Source: the human T2T-CHM13v2.0 reference genome, Homo sapiens. From it: a stretch of 64,000 nt of DNA. Location of the stretch: NCBI RefSeq assembly GCF_009914755.1, contig NC_060930.1, one strand, 5' to 3'. A program made the position numbers and the translations under genes. Shown here piece by piece: positions 43,931-63,260 of the stretch. Positions within the stretch are counted from its first letter, which is position 1; each line of letters starts with the position of its first letter. Under the pieces are notes generated by a model. That model saw nothing but the letters and a program-made list of their open reading frames with translations, made no database searches and had not been told where the DNA came from.

Positions 43931-46511
43931 AGAAGATAAGATTAACAAACATCTTTTTAAATTTTAAAAATATTAGACCATTTGTTCACATAAAGTTTTA
44001 CACAAACAAAAGCTCTAAAATGCCTTGGTGCACAATGTAGTGTGACTATCAAATGGCCATTCCCCTTCCTTGCAAAATGCATACTTCTAGCCATTTCACT
44101 TACACTATCTCATCGAGAAGAAAGGCAGGTGTGGGAGGCAAGGCACAGGTAGACCCAGGAGCGGGGTTGAAAGATGAAGCCACACAGTCATAACTGATTG
44201 GGACAGGAAGAAAATAATTAAAGAGGCCAAGCTAGGAAAGGGACATCAGGAAGAGCGTGGCTTTGAGACAGGGTTGAACAGGATCAGGGGCCTGGGCAGG
44301 GGCTTCATGATGTGTAGTAAGTAACGAGAGACGGGTGGTTGAGCTGGGGGATGGGAAAAGACCCAGGAGCACAGGGCAGAGTCCAGAATTTACTTCCCTC
44401 TCCTATTCTAGGGAGGTAACGATATGGAGATGGCAGAACTCAGTCTCCCTCTGTGTCTTCTTTTGGTGGGGGGGGGGGCACTTACTCACATAGCAAGAGG
44501 TTACACAAAACTATTCAAGGGAAAGTGCCACAAAGTCCTCTCTCAGCAAATGAAAATATGCTTCAGAAATAAACAACACTGCCACTCCCTCATGGGGCTG
44601 AAAAATATCATCTCTTAATTTGATTTCTTAGCACTAATAAACTACATCATAATCTCTCAATAGCTGAGTATAAATGGTCGAATTAACCATCTTCTGCCCT
44701 TCAAATACTTAATTTCCATGGTGACTAATTATGCATTTCTTTTACCACATGGATGGGCAAGTAACTAAATGGGCTCTATCTTCTAAAGCAGACATTTAAC
44801 GTGTGACAAAGTCCTCTCAGATAAACTTGTCTCTTTTGAAATGAGATAACTAATTACTGGGTAAGACAGCAGAATCGTTTCCCTACTGGGAAATCAACTA
44901 CGTGGTCTAGTAGAATGAAAGGCACGGACCATGGCAAATCAGGTCTGCAAAAACAGTAAACAAAACAAGCCAACAGAACAATTAACACATGTGGAAAAAG
45001 CCAAATACAGTATCCACTGCACAGCTGATTTGATTTTAAGACAACTGAATATGTGTTTCAGAAAGAAAGGGAAAAGAGTGAAAATATATGGAAGTATAAG
45101 AAAAGAAACAAAACATCCTAAAAGTAAAATAAGGCAACTAAAGGCAAAGGAAAACTTTTATATACGCAGACCTCATAGACTACACAAATCCCTTTGTCTG
45201 CATTCTCTAGAGAATTAAGAAATGGTCACTATACATATATTTTATTGCTCAGGAAGGAAGTCCACATCTCTTCCAGAATTCTAACTATTAAATACACAAA
45301 GCATTGAGCCATGCAGATAATTCTCTTTTCAAAATAGGGACATAACCTATTTTCTCTAGATCAGATGTAGCTGGCTAACTGAGAGCCCATAGCTATTGTG
45401 GTAACCAGGAGAAAAGGAAATGGATGATTAAAGTAAATCTAATTCAATAAGCTAGTGACATTGTACTGTACAAAACTGGGGATGGGAAAGAGGCGGATAC
45501 AGGCCAAAGGAGGAATAGTGCTTATTTTGTTCCTTTTGAATTTTATCAAATTGTGTATATATTTGTGACTTTTACCCTAAGGAGCATAAAAAACTGACAA
45601 TAAAAGATTATCTGAATGGAACATTGGTTTTTGGTAAGTGTCAAGCACAAAAGGAATCATAATTTTTTTCAACGAGCTTTCAAAGTATGTATGCTCTTGA
45701 CATCTGCTGATAAGCTGCAGTTTCCTCCTAAAAACTTAAAGCTTCTCTAAATTCAACATAAGCTTGCTTTCAGTATCTGCAAAATATATGTGGATAAAAT
45801 TGAAGTTTTCAAAAGGGAGTTACCATAGAAACACACAACTCCCTAAAAGAGCAGTCCATCATCTCTTAAGGGGAACCGTCATCACAGACATGTATTCAGT
45901 ATCTCTCTGTGCACGTGAGGCCTTAGACAATACACAAAGGACAGTCAGCACTTGCACACTGGACAAATACAGAAATTAGATAAGCCAAGTCCTTACTCTA
46001 AGTAAGCAAGGCGGGGATGAGGCCCTTTGTGTATGTGCATGTGTGGGCTGTAGGGGACAGGAATCATGTGAGCTGGATCCTGTGATGCAGCTAAAATGCA
46101 GCCATCATAACATTTATTTAAAACACAATTCTATAACAATCTGGCCAGTGCACACAGTTATCACTATGGACTGTTTTCTGTGAATTCTTTTAAAATGAGG
46201 ATCTAAGTACTAGAAGCAGCACGTACAAAAATAGTTTTATTTTTACTAGCAGAGTAGACTCAAGCTAAAAATAAACTAAATGGGAATTTTGTACTGCAGA
46301 CTTTTCAAAAACAGTGTCTGTATACCTAAGACAAACACCACCTCTTAATTAGAAATTTCTGTAAAGCATTCCAAAAAGGCCACACTATTTTCAGTCAGAC
46401 TATATGGTTCTTCAGACTTGGTTTCTCTTGAGACAAAAGAACCCCATGGAGACGACATCTAAGTTGGAGTCTTCACTTAAACCACTTATGGTCTTTATGA
46501 AAGGATTTTTG

Positions 46512-46834
<323 letters not shown>

Positions 46835-48060
46835 TCATTACACAGCCCTTTTACAATGGGACAGATCTAACTGGAAGGAAAAAAAAGATATACTTTTAGG
46901 CACTGTGCCCCAAAAAACTCAGCAATTAAAGTTTGGGATTAAAAAAAGTTAAAGCTATCTAAACTGAGGTTTGTATAGAAATGTGATTATTTTTGCAGGT
47001 GTATTATCTGTGATTGGTACTAATGATTTGCAAATCATATTAATGACCATAATAATGATATTTTTTCTAATGAAACACAGCACTTTACAAACATTAAGTA
47101 TTTAATCCCTGTTAGGTAAATTACAGCTACTCTTAACCACATCTTACAAATGGTAATACTGATATCACTATTCATGATTTGCCCCAAATCACAGATGACT
47201 AACATCAGAATTTATTTTAAATAAATATAAACAATAAAGTACACATGTGCTTATTTGCATGTGTGAGTATACAAAGCATCATGATTAGGCATAGTTAAGC
47301 AACTGATTAGAAAGTCATTCAAGGTCTCACTTAAAAACCAATCAAGTTAAATCTAGGTAATACAGGCCTAGTACCATCAGTTGGCATTATTCTGGGGAAA
47401 AAAAATATCAGAATGCTTAGCAACTCAGAATGCTTAACATCCTACCTTTCCACTGCAACCTGTAACAGACAACGGCCAGTGGCCCACAATGCCAGTGCCA
47501 ACCACAGACAGGATGGATGGCTCTGGAACCATTAGAAGGCACCATTCAAATAGACAATGGTACCAACCAGCATCTCGATGGTGGTTATAGGTCTGAAAAT
47601 GTGTACTAAAAGAAGCGGAACCTCTGGCCGATGAATTTATTTGGATTTCATGGCTATTAGTACTCTGACTTCCACATAACCTTTGAGATTCAGACTGAGC
47701 AGGAGTTCCTCAGAGAAGCTTCTCTGAGCCCTGAGCCGGACCCAACAATGCTGCTCCAGAGAATGTCTTCAGACTCCACCCCAGAGCTTCTTCACGATTT
47801 TTGGACACTGGCTTTCTTGAAAGCTTCCCAATAGGATCAAACTTCTTAAGGGCAGGAGCCATACTGTCTTGTGCCTGGACAATGTTTATAAATTGATGGA
47901 GCTTTATAAATGTTGAATAAGTCAATGAGCATAGGACTAAATTTATTTAAATTACTAGTGCTCTCATCTATCAGAAAATTTGTTCTTTCGGTGAATATAT
48001 AATTAAAATGGTGTGGGTTAAAAGAAAGTTCCTGATTATCACAAAAAATTCAGAGACCAG

Positions 48061-48370
48061 GGCCAGGTGTGGTGGCTTATGCCTGTAATCCTAGCGCTTT
48101 GGGAGGCCAAGGCAGGAGGACTGCTTGAGCTCAGGAGTTCAAGACCAGTCTGGGCAACATAGTGAGACCTTGCTGCTACAAAAAATTTTTTAAAAATTAG
48201 CTGGGCGTGGTGGCACACACCTGTGGTCCCAGCTACTTGGGAGTCTGAGGTGGGAGGATCACTTGAGCTCAGGAGGTTGGGGCTGCCGTGAGCTGTGATC
48301 ATGCCACTACATTCCAGTCTGGTCACGAGAGCAAGAACCCTGTTTCAAAAAATAAAAAATAAAATAAAAA
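48061..48370 (+). mobile_element. AluJ
   Basis: J diagnostics; TSD CAAAAAATTCAGA(G/C)ACCAG at 48042-48060 and 48371-48389. Confidence 0.92.
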
Positions 48371-49646
48371 CAAAAAATTCAGACACCAGAGATTTGTCTA
48401 CTAATATGCATTTTAATTTTCTAAGGACAAGCAAGCAAAGAATGATCATGATTTTCTGAATTTAAAATCCAGGGGTGAAGGAACTACCCAGACATCTCTG
48501 ATGCTGCCCATTCTTTTATCTTGAAGGAACACTGCTCTGGGCATGACAGATGAGGATTAAGTAATTACGCTACACACTCTGGCGTGTGTCTCCGAAATCT
48601 GCAAACACATCTAGTGCTCTGAAAGCGGACTTGTAGTTGGTTTTTTAAAGATGATAAAGAGAACTTTGCTACTCAAATAAAAATAACTGATATGGCCTTC
48701 AAATTTTCCTAAGTTCCCGAAAAGCTTATTTTTCCTAAGTGTACCCATCTCAGATAAAGGCAGAAATCACCCCTCTCTCAATACAGTCAACTTCTCTAAA
48801 GATGATGCATACAAACACACCAGACTTTGGCAGAATTCTCTAGCGGAGATTTAAAAGAAAATATCTCGTGGCAGTAGAGAGTCACATGAAGACTTCCAAC
48901 AGCTCAGACATTCTCCTTCTACACAAAAGGGGAAAGGCCCTCTCTGTAGCAATTGTTTGATAAACAGACCACAGTGGCGTTTTTTTACTTCTCCTCTGAT
49001 ATAAGTGAAAATAAGTCCTTGGTACTATGTATGGAAGGCAGGTAAAAACAATGAAGTGATAAGTATTTACAACACAGATTTAATTTATCTACACCAAAAT
49101 TTTAAAGATTTTCTGCTTTAAGTAGAGTTATCCTGCTTAACATCCTGCCCCACTAATTTTTATTTGAATTTGGAAAAAAGTCAAATGTGGACCCCTAAGA
49201 GTACATTCATCTTTTCAGAAGCAGCTAAGCCCTGATTTTTCAAAAAGCATTAATCTAGACTATTTTATAAAATTATAAAATTGATTTAAAAATATTTTAA
49301 ATCAAGACTAAAGGTAGATGATATCTTCATTGTAAAAAGAAAAAGATACTATACATTCCCATCCTGTGAAATTACAGCCAAATTTTATCCATTCAGGATA
49401 CTTTGGGAATGAGGCGTTCTATACAGCTTAGTTTCCCAGAGAGCTGAAGGGCTCCAAAATTTTCTTAAAATAGAAATATTTCTAAAATGTACCATATATC
49501 TGTGCTTCCACGATCACAGTCTAAGACACATAATATACTTTTTCCTTAATAACTTATAATTGAAGACACCAGCTCATGTGTACAAATTGAATGTAGATCA
49601 AAATGTGCTAGGTAATTTGGTCACAGATAAGAATTTATGTACTGTG

Positions 49647-52773
<3,127 letters not shown>

Positions 52774-53017
52774 AATTTATGTGCTGTGGACCATGGAACA
52801 GGAAGGAGTCTGTTTGACCCTCACAGTATTCTGAAATTTGTCCTCTCAAAAAATTCCTGATGTCAACTCCTATTTGTATCATTTGCCTCTTCCTCACAGA
52901 GGTAGAGTGAAGCTATGTGGTAGAGCATGGCTTTGCAAGGAGTAAAATGTTTTAAAAAACTAGTTAGTGAACCAAGGCTGGAGAAGTTTCCTTGCAAATG
53001 GTTTTCCTATTCCCTAG

Positions 53018-53362
<345 letters not shown>

Positions 53363-53569
53363 TGCTATCAGCTACCTCTGACTTCAGCTGGAGCTTCATC
53401 TGTAAGGGCTCCCAGGCGCTCCTGGAAAGTACACATTTCCCCAGCTTTCATTCACTTTATTCAATGATTGAGAAAGAGAAACATGCTTGGCCAGTTCACA
53501 AATCTGAATTTAGATGTTTGGGAGTTCTCCAATGTTTCACTTCTTTTTGCTGAGGTAGGCTTGTAAACT

Positions 53570-54260
<691 letters not shown>

Positions 54261-54264
54261 TGTA

Positions 54265-54822
54265 TTAGAGGTTCCCAAATGATTCTGGTAGCCCTTAGAG
54301 TCTCAGTAATTTTTCACAATGCCTCCAGGCCCAAACAAATACCTAATAGAGCTGTCTGTTAAGTAGTTAGATCCAAACAACATAATAACTATTTATGTCA
54401 GAATGATTTAGCAGCTGAAAAAAAAACACACATAAATGAAAACTACTATTTCCTTCTCAAGTAACTTTGTTATAACTTGTTTATAGAATGTATACACCTG
54501 TTGGGCACTGCATAACTTTAAATCTTGGAATCGCTGGACACCACTACCTTATTTCCTGTTCCACGCTGGTTTTCATGTGATACACTTTTTATCACTAAAC
54601 ACTCAGCAATCACTGAAAACTCGGTTTTGTAAAGATATGATGTCATCAAAAGGAATGTAGTGTGATCTAATGCTGAAACTGTGAACTATCTCCAGCTAAT
54701 AGTTGGCAGAGTGTTGTACGATGTTTCCCTTAATGATGGAAAGTATCTGTGCCAACCCTAGAGCTGCACCCAGAATTTGCTGTGGTGCCCCAGAGCATCT
54801 TGGCACACAGTTTGGAGCTGCA
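54265..54822 (+). mobile_element. hAT-Charlie DNA transposon (MER119-like)
   Basis: GGTTCCCAAA...CCCTTAGAGTCTCAGTAATTTTTCAC...TTAAGTAGTTAGATCCAAACAAC...GGCACACAGTTTGG termini. Confidence 0.75.
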
Positions 54823-55999
54823 GGTATATAACAAGATGTTAACAGTTGCTTTCTCTCAGGTTACTGGTGATTAAAAAAAAAAAAAAGATTTTCTGAACTT
54901 TTTCCCAATAAACATCTGTTATTTTTTACAATTAGAAAAACCACTAAAGTGATTTATGTATTTTTCAGAGTTCTTTATCTTTACAAGAAGATGGAGAGTC
55001 TCCCCAATTTTTTACTGTGAAGAAAAGTCTAAGCATAAACAACAGTAAAAATGGAGTCTTGGATGATGCCTTAATGATGAAAAACTCCCTCATGAATAAC
55101 GTTCTGCAATAACTCCTCCTATTCTGACCCCCTCCCTGATACTTGCACAGGTTGGATCAATGAAGTCACTGGTGTCAGGACACTAACCCAGACATTCACC
55201 CCACTTCCTGCGGGTAGCCACTACAATTGTTTAATAATAGACTCTCTGTCCCTCAGCTGATGTGCTTGTAATAGAGCATGGTCATGCCCTTGTGGGAACT
55301 GAGCTATAAATGGTGCTTTGCTCTTGGTCTGCAGAGCTTTAGTCTCTGGATTAACGGTGCTCCTTTTAAAACAGTGCCTGCTGCTTTGCACCCTGGTGTA
55401 CACTGCTGCCGTCTTTAAAGGTCTCCACTGCTCTCTTTGTTCCCTTCTGGTTACTTTTGCCCTGTTTGTCAGTTTTTGCACTAAAGAAATGAATGGGCTT
55501 TTATACCTTCACCAATTGGGACTTTCAGAACCAGCCTAGTGAGTTAAGTCTAACAGATATTTAGCCCCCTTTGATAGTCAGTTGTTGCTGGATATTTTGT
55601 TTGTTTTTGCCTTTGTGGGAATTGGTGGGCAGAAAAAAACATTTTCCAGTTTCATGCTATTTTTAAAACCTGAGGATTTTTTACAAGTTTTGGCATCGTA
55701 TAGTTGAAGTTCTATTGTGATCAATATTTCTATTCATTTACTTTCTTACTAAACAAGTGTCCAAGGAATTATAAAACACTTTTTTTTTCTAATTTAGAAA
55801 CTTCTACAAATGTATACATCAATTGCAACTTAACCTTTACAAGTTTAGGAATAATGCTGTAGTAGAATATTTAAAGGAACTTTCTGCATAAACTTCAGTT
55901 AATATAGGTCTTACTTTTAAAATATCTTCTTTAAAAAATAAATAATATTGCTTACTATTGGGATAAAATTATTTTAAAAAGAATAATGAGAACAGCTCC

Positions 56000-56230
56000 C
56001 AATTCTCCTTTACCTGCCCAAGGGTTCCCTCAGCACTTATCACCTTTTCAACATACTATACACTTTACCTATTTATCTTGTTAACTGTCCATCTCCTCCA
56101 ACCAGAATGTAAGCTCAGTAGGAGCAAGAATTTTTGTCTGCTTTAATCACTGATACATCTTGTCTCCAGCACCTAAAATGTAGGGGCTCAACAAGTATTT
56201 GTTGAAAAGTCAGTAAATGAGTGACTGATT
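56000..56230 (+). mobile_element. L2 3' end
   Basis: CCAGAATGTAAGCTC...TCTCCAGCACCTAAAATGTAGGGGCTCAACAAGTATTTGTTGAA. Confidence 0.8.
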
Positions 56231-56816
56231 CTTAAAGACCTTTTTGTAACTCCATTTTAGAAGACCAAAGAAAAAAAGACAAAATCTTGAACATTAATAT
56301 TTATACAAACCAAATACTACTTTTTGTAGGTAAAATATGATTCTATTGTGATGTAAAGTTACCTTTTTGACTGTAGTAAAATCCATGAATGGCAAGGATC
56401 TAACTAATTTACTATTGCTCCTCTTCCAGGAAATGTTTCAACTTTCAAATAAAGAGGACTTCTGATTGTCAAGCATGGCAAATTCATGTGGAATGCCTAA
56501 AAATGCTGAGTACTAAAAATATTTTTAAAGATATGGCTAAGCAGCAAGAAAGTAACAGCAATTGTTAAAAGTTGAAAATGACAAGGAAATTAGAACCTAG
56601 AGAAGTAAGTAGGTAAGTCCTGCATAAGTCAATCCCTGATGGGGATATTAAGAGACAAAGGGACAGCCTAATGTCCACACAGGAAGGTCAAAGCCAATAC
56701 CCTTGAAAGATGAAATCCTCAGTGGGTAAATTAAAAAAAAAAAAAATCTTCCCAGAAATAGAAGACAGAATAAGTCTTGGTGATGGGAGAGGAGAAAAAA
56801 GAAGAAAATTTCCTCA

Positions 56817-57157
<341 letters not shown>

Positions 57158-57729
57158 ACAAAGCCCAGAAATTACATATCCATGTGCCCTTTCCAAATCC
57201 AAATAGGGTAAAAAGTCCTGAGTTGGAAATGACTACAAACACATAGCAGAAGCAAATACAAAGCCTCTCTAGAATAATGAATATTAAATCTAAGTTTCAA
57301 GAGATTTTCATAAGAATTCCAAGTAATTAAGTTCACAATCAAAAATCACAAAACAAAGAATCAAGCTGTCATGAACATGAATGAGAAAAAACAAAACTGC
57401 AGAATGAAATCATCAAAGGCTTTAGCTATTGAATGTATTGAACACAGATATAAAATAGATGTGTTTAACATTTTTAAAAAAGTAAACAGGATCTTAAAAT
57501 ATGAACAAGGAAGATTTCAAAAATGACTAGGCAGATTTAAGAAACAGCCAAAAATAACTTCTAGAAATGAAAATATAATAATTATATTTAGAGACTCACA
57601 TGAGTAAGTCCAATACCAAAATAGATGCAGCTGAAGTAGGAATGAGTGATTTGGTAAACAGATATAAAGAAATTGTACATAAACTTATACAAAAATGAAA
57701 AATATAATCTTACGTTTAAGAAATTATAT

Positions 57730-58129
<400 letters not shown>

Positions 58130-61100
58130 TCAAAATAATTTTTTTTTCTGAGATTTTTCAGAACTAGTAATCATCAAATTCAGAAAGCCAAATGCATCCC
58201 AAGGATGTTAAATAAAAGAAATGCCCACCCAGACAAAGCCTGGTAAAACTGTAGAAGACCATCATAAAAAAAGCTCTGGGGGAAATCTGGGGAAAATGTC
58301 TTTAAAACACTGAAAGAAAATAATACTGAATATGTAAGTGTATACCTAGCAAAACTACCTTTCATAAATAAAGCATGAATAGAAGGTATTTTCAATCAAA
58401 CAAAAAATAAGAAAGTTTACTTCCAAAAACATTCATTAAAGGTACTTCTAAAGGACATGCTTCAGAAAACAGCGATGATCTGAGAAGAAGAAATGGTGAG
58501 AAAAGAAAATAGTAAATACATGACTATGTTTAAATAGAGTATAAAAAACAGCTGCTACTGTATACAAATTGTAATAATGTGTAATATAAAAAATAATATA
58601 AAACTATAAACCAAATAACCATGGCATGTTAGGCTGAAAAAGAATGATCCAAATTAAAGAACTCTAAGGTTACTGAACTGTTTGAGAAAAGAATGAATAC
58701 TGTTTAGTGTAACACTTTATTAAGTTACATAGGATGCCAACATCTCTAGGGTAAGCGTGGAAAAAAGAGAATGGTGTGTACAACTGTTAAATTAGTAGAA
58801 GAAAAACCATGGAACTATATTTAAAAAAAAAAACAAAAGCAAAATCCAAATGAAGGCAATAAAGAAAAAATAAGGCTCAGGAAAAGCAGGACAAATAGCA
58901 AAAAATAATATGGTCAAAATGAATATAAATGCATTAGTGCAATCAATAATTAGTGTAATCTGCTAAACAACATACATCAACTGAATATTTTACTTAAAAG
59001 ACAATGACTGATTGAATTAAAAAATAGACAACATATGTCCACACAGACTTGCATGTGAATGTTCATAGCAACTTTATCCACAATAGTTGAAAAAACTGGA
59101 AATGACCCAAATATCCATCAACTTGTGAATAGCTAAAAAACAAACAAACGAAAAACCTGTGGTATATCCATACAGTGAAATTATACTGAAAAAATATAAA
59201 GGAATGAAACTCTGATATGTGTAACAGCATAAATGAATCTCAAAGGCATTATACTAAGTGAAAGAAGCCAAACACAAAAGTCTACTTACTGTATGATTTC
59301 ATTTGTATGACTTTCTGGAAAAGACAAAATAACATAGTGATAAAAAATAGATCAGTAGTTTCCTAATGCCAGACGTGAGGGAAGGAAACTGATAGCAAAA
59401 AAGCATGAGGAACTTTCTGGTGTGACGGAAATATCTATAGCTTTATTGTGGTAGTGGTTACATGACTATACACACCTGCCAAAATTCATCAAACTGTACA
59501 CTTAAAATACGTGAGTTTGATCATATGAAAATTATACCTTAATAAAGCTAGTAAAAAGACAAATTCCAATTATGTGATTTACAAAGCACAAATCTAAAGC
59601 CTTTTGTGTCTTTGAATAAAGGAGGCTGGGGGAAGAACTGCGTAGGCAAATAATAACCCAGAAATCTGGTGTAGCTAAATTAAACCCATACACAGTTAAT
59701 TTTAGGCAAAGAGATAAAAAGGGCCATCACATATTAATAGAAATATTTAATTCCCTGGGAAGATATAATATGTTCCTAATAATGTATCTTCAAAAATATA
59801 TAAACCCAAAAATAAAAGAACCTCAAGGAGAAACTAACCATAAGACAGTCTCATTTATGAACATAAATGCAAAAATCCTGAACAAAATATTAGTAATTCA
59901 AATCTAATAATTTCCAAAGAAAAATAATGTGTCTAAATTTGGGTTATTCCATAATTCAAGGTTGCTTCAATATCAATCAGTGTTATTCACTAGATGAAAG
60001 AAGAAAATATATGATTATCTCAAAGAATATAGAAAAAGCATTCAATAAAATACAACATTCATCATTCATGATTAAAACAAAGAATAGAAAGAAACTTCCT
60101 GAACTGGATAAAGGATATCACAAAGCAACCCTATAACAAATACCATACTTTATAATATAAATGAAAAGTTAAAGTTTTATCTATCACTATTTTAATTTAA
60201 CATTGGAGATTCTTGCCAGTTCAGTAAGACAAGAAAAAAGAATTAACATTTTATGGGTTGGAAAGGGAAAAAAAACTATCATTACTTGTAAATGATATAA
60301 AGAATCTACAAATTACTTTTATTAATAAGGAAGCCAATAAGGTTTCCATATACATGATAAAATGTAGGACCCTTTGACAGTGGCATGGCTAAATAAACTA
60401 CAGTAAAATAAACACAATAAAATATTCTATAGCAATGAAAATGAATGAACTAAAGTTACACAGGTCAACCTGGATAAAACTCAGAACATTGTGTTTTGTG
60501 GGGAGCAAGTCACAAAATAATCAGTATGATTCTATTACATAAAAGCTAAAATGAGATAGTATATTGCTTTGGGATATATATATGGTAAAATTATATGTGG
60601 TACATATGTAGTAAAACTAAAAAAAAAAAAGCAAACAAACAAGACAGTAAGTAACTCAAAATCCAGGAAAGTAGTTGGGGAGAGGAGAAAACAATAGGAG
60701 AGAGGTACATAAGGGTTTCAGTAGCAATGATAATGTTCTTCAGATGAGTAGCAGAAATGTGGATGTTTTCTTTATTTAATCCTTTAAAGTGTATCTACAT
60801 GTTATATATTCCCTTCCACATGTATGATATACTTCATAATCTAAAGAAGTAAATGAACCTGAGTGAACTTTGTTAGAAATGCATTTTAAAGTCAATGTTA
60901 CTTCAAGTTGGAAAACACAGGCATTTAGGAAGTTCTTTTTCTATATCTAAGTTTTGAAATTAATATTTATTATTTTTTCTTATTCCTTATTCTAGGAAAG
61001 TTGAGAGTTCTCATTTATACAATGGTTTTCCTATTACACTGAAATCATAAGAAACTCTCTTGGTAGGTTTTAAAGGTAAATTATACAACCATTTTGTTTT

Positions 61101-61387
61101 CACAACTGCCTGTATAAGACAGAAGAAAAACAACAAATGAACAATTAACTGGTAAGGAAAGAATATTAACTAATAAGAAATGTCAAAAAGGCTTGACTTC
61201 TCATATTAAAAACAACTTTTTGGTGGAAAAAACCTAATCCCTTCTTTTGAAAGAGAATTTTTCAAAATTCTCAGTGTTGGGGCGGTGGGGGGTGAGTGGC
61301 TGGGGGTTGGGAAATCAGATCTCAGATCAATAAACAGGCAAACAGGTTGACTAAGAATAGAAGGTATCATTATGTATTTTACATATT

Positions 61388-61905
61388 TTGTATTTTCTGC
61401 ATATTAGATGTTTTGACATCTTAAAACTACCTTTCTGGCTAGAGAGAGACTGTCTCTTTCAAGGCTAGCCGATTCTCAGAGATAACAAAGAGCCCGGCTG
61501 GTAGCATGCCTTTGACAAGAAAATTCACCAATCTAGAGACACCCCTCCTCTATCTGGCCCTCAGAGGCAATATTCCTCTGCCTTTACTATACCACAGCCA
61601 GGTACCAAGCAAGCAGGGACCACCCAGAAAGCTTGGAGCCTAACCAAACTACTTCAACTAGCAATTCTAAACTGTTAACCCTGCCCTGCCTTGCCTTTCC
61701 CTTGGAAACTCCAATAAAGGCTGTGGCTGGCCCAAGCTCTCCCCTGGCTCCTGCCTTCTGCCTCCTGACTAACACGGGTGTTTTCCCTTGTGGCCCTGCG
61801 TAGCATGTGGTGACACGCCTCTATGGGACCTGTGAATGTAACAAATTTCTTCCTTCCAAGCCCTGTTCTCATTTCCCCTTCAGTGGCTGTACTGATTTTA
61901 TCACA
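61388..61905 (+). mobile_element. ERVL-class solo LTR (MER74/MER54-like)
   Basis: TGTTTTGACATCTT...CCTGCCCTGCCTTGCCTTTCCCTTGGAAACTCCAATAAAGGCT (LTR polyA signal). Confidence 0.65.
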
Positions 61906-62439
61906 TATCCAACATGTACATTCTTAAAACACATAGCAAAGCAGGAGTTTCAGATGTTAACCAAGGTCTCCAGGAATGACAATTCTGGAGCTCAGGGCGA
62001 GCAGAGATTAGTGAAGGAGGGAGCAAATTTACAGGAAACAAGAATATGCAAATACTGAGAGTTTGAGAGTTCAGTGGTCGAAAAACAGGAGATAGCTGTG
62101 GAAAGTGCACACTGGGAAGGGGCAGCTCTGAGGCACCTCACGGCACCTGGACAACCTCAACCAGCTTAAGGTGCCTAACAGAGGAATTTATAAGCTTCTT
62201 GCTGGTATGGGAACAAATCCCCAAGTGAGGTGCCTGCTAGATAGATCTGCAGGTTGAAGTAGATCAGGGAAACGACACACCGGAGGAGAGGGATGTAGGG
62301 GCAGAAAAGAGGGGCCCATCCAAAAAATGTGTGTGTATCCCCACCTACCCTTACCTCCTTCCACTTTTTCTACAAGCGTCAGAACTGCTCAACATCATCA
62401 CTTCCAAATCAGTTTTGGTGACAGAGTCCAATTGCCCAA

Positions 62440-63045
62440 ACCAGATGCAATGCCCTCATTATGTCTTACCAGCCCTCCTGCTCCTGCCTCCTCCAGTTCA
62501 TGCTTCACGTAGCCACAGAGTAATCTTTATAGAACACAAATATCACCATATTACTTCCCAGCTTAAAAACCTTTCAGGATTGACCCATATCCACCCAGAG
62601 TAGCCTCCAAGCCACTTAGATTGTCCTCCTTTCTGCCGTCCTTCTGGCTTCTCTGGCTGGAGACTTTAGACCACAGCACTGTAAACTGATTCCAACTCCA
62701 TGTTAATATGTTAATTTAATATGTTAATATTAAAATATTATTTCATGGGTCCAGGTATTAGCACATTATGTACTCTTTTCTCCTTCTGAAAGGAAGAATC
62801 TTTGCCTGTCTTAACACTATTATTCATCTTCAAAAATCTGTGCAACACTTCATTCTGAAGCCTCCTCAAACAACTGCAGTCTGCTCGCTTTATGGACCAC
62901 CTTGCTGCTCTCATTACATTCAATGCACACTATTTTATTCACATGTATGTCTGTCTTCCCAACTACACTGCAGACTACTTGAGGGCAGGGATGGTATCTT
63001 ATTTTTTCTTTGTATTTCCAGTGGGTAGCACAGCACCTGACCCAT
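62440..63045 (+). mobile_element. L2 fragment
   Basis: ACAAATATCACCATATTACTTCCCAGCTTAAAAACCTT...CTACTTGAGGGCAGGGATGGTATCTTATTTTTCTTTGTATTTCCAGTG. Confidence 0.75.
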
Positions 63046-63054
63046 AAAAAAACT

Positions 63055-63260
63055 ATCATCTATTGAGCACCTACCGTACAGCAGATCCCATACTAAGCTT
63101 TTCAAATGTTATGACGTGAGTTCCCACAACAACTCAATGAACTATTTATAATTACCTCTTTTACAAACGAGGAAACTGAGATTTAGGAGGTTAACATCCC
63201 CAGGACCTTCCAGTTAGTAAGTGGTAGAATTCTGATTAGGACTTGGGTCTCTGACACCAT
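63055..63260 (-). mobile_element. MIR
   Basis: TATTGAGCACCTAC...TTTTACAAACGAGGAAACTGAGATTTAGGAGGTTAA. Confidence 0.8.

Noticed and set aside
47408-47440. Short tandem duplications (TCAGAATGCTTA x2; also AGGATACAGGTG x2 at ~16005-16032 and TGTTAATA repeats at ~62700)
   Set aside because: Two-copy slippage duplications with no spacer structure; not CRISPR-like or otherwise organised.
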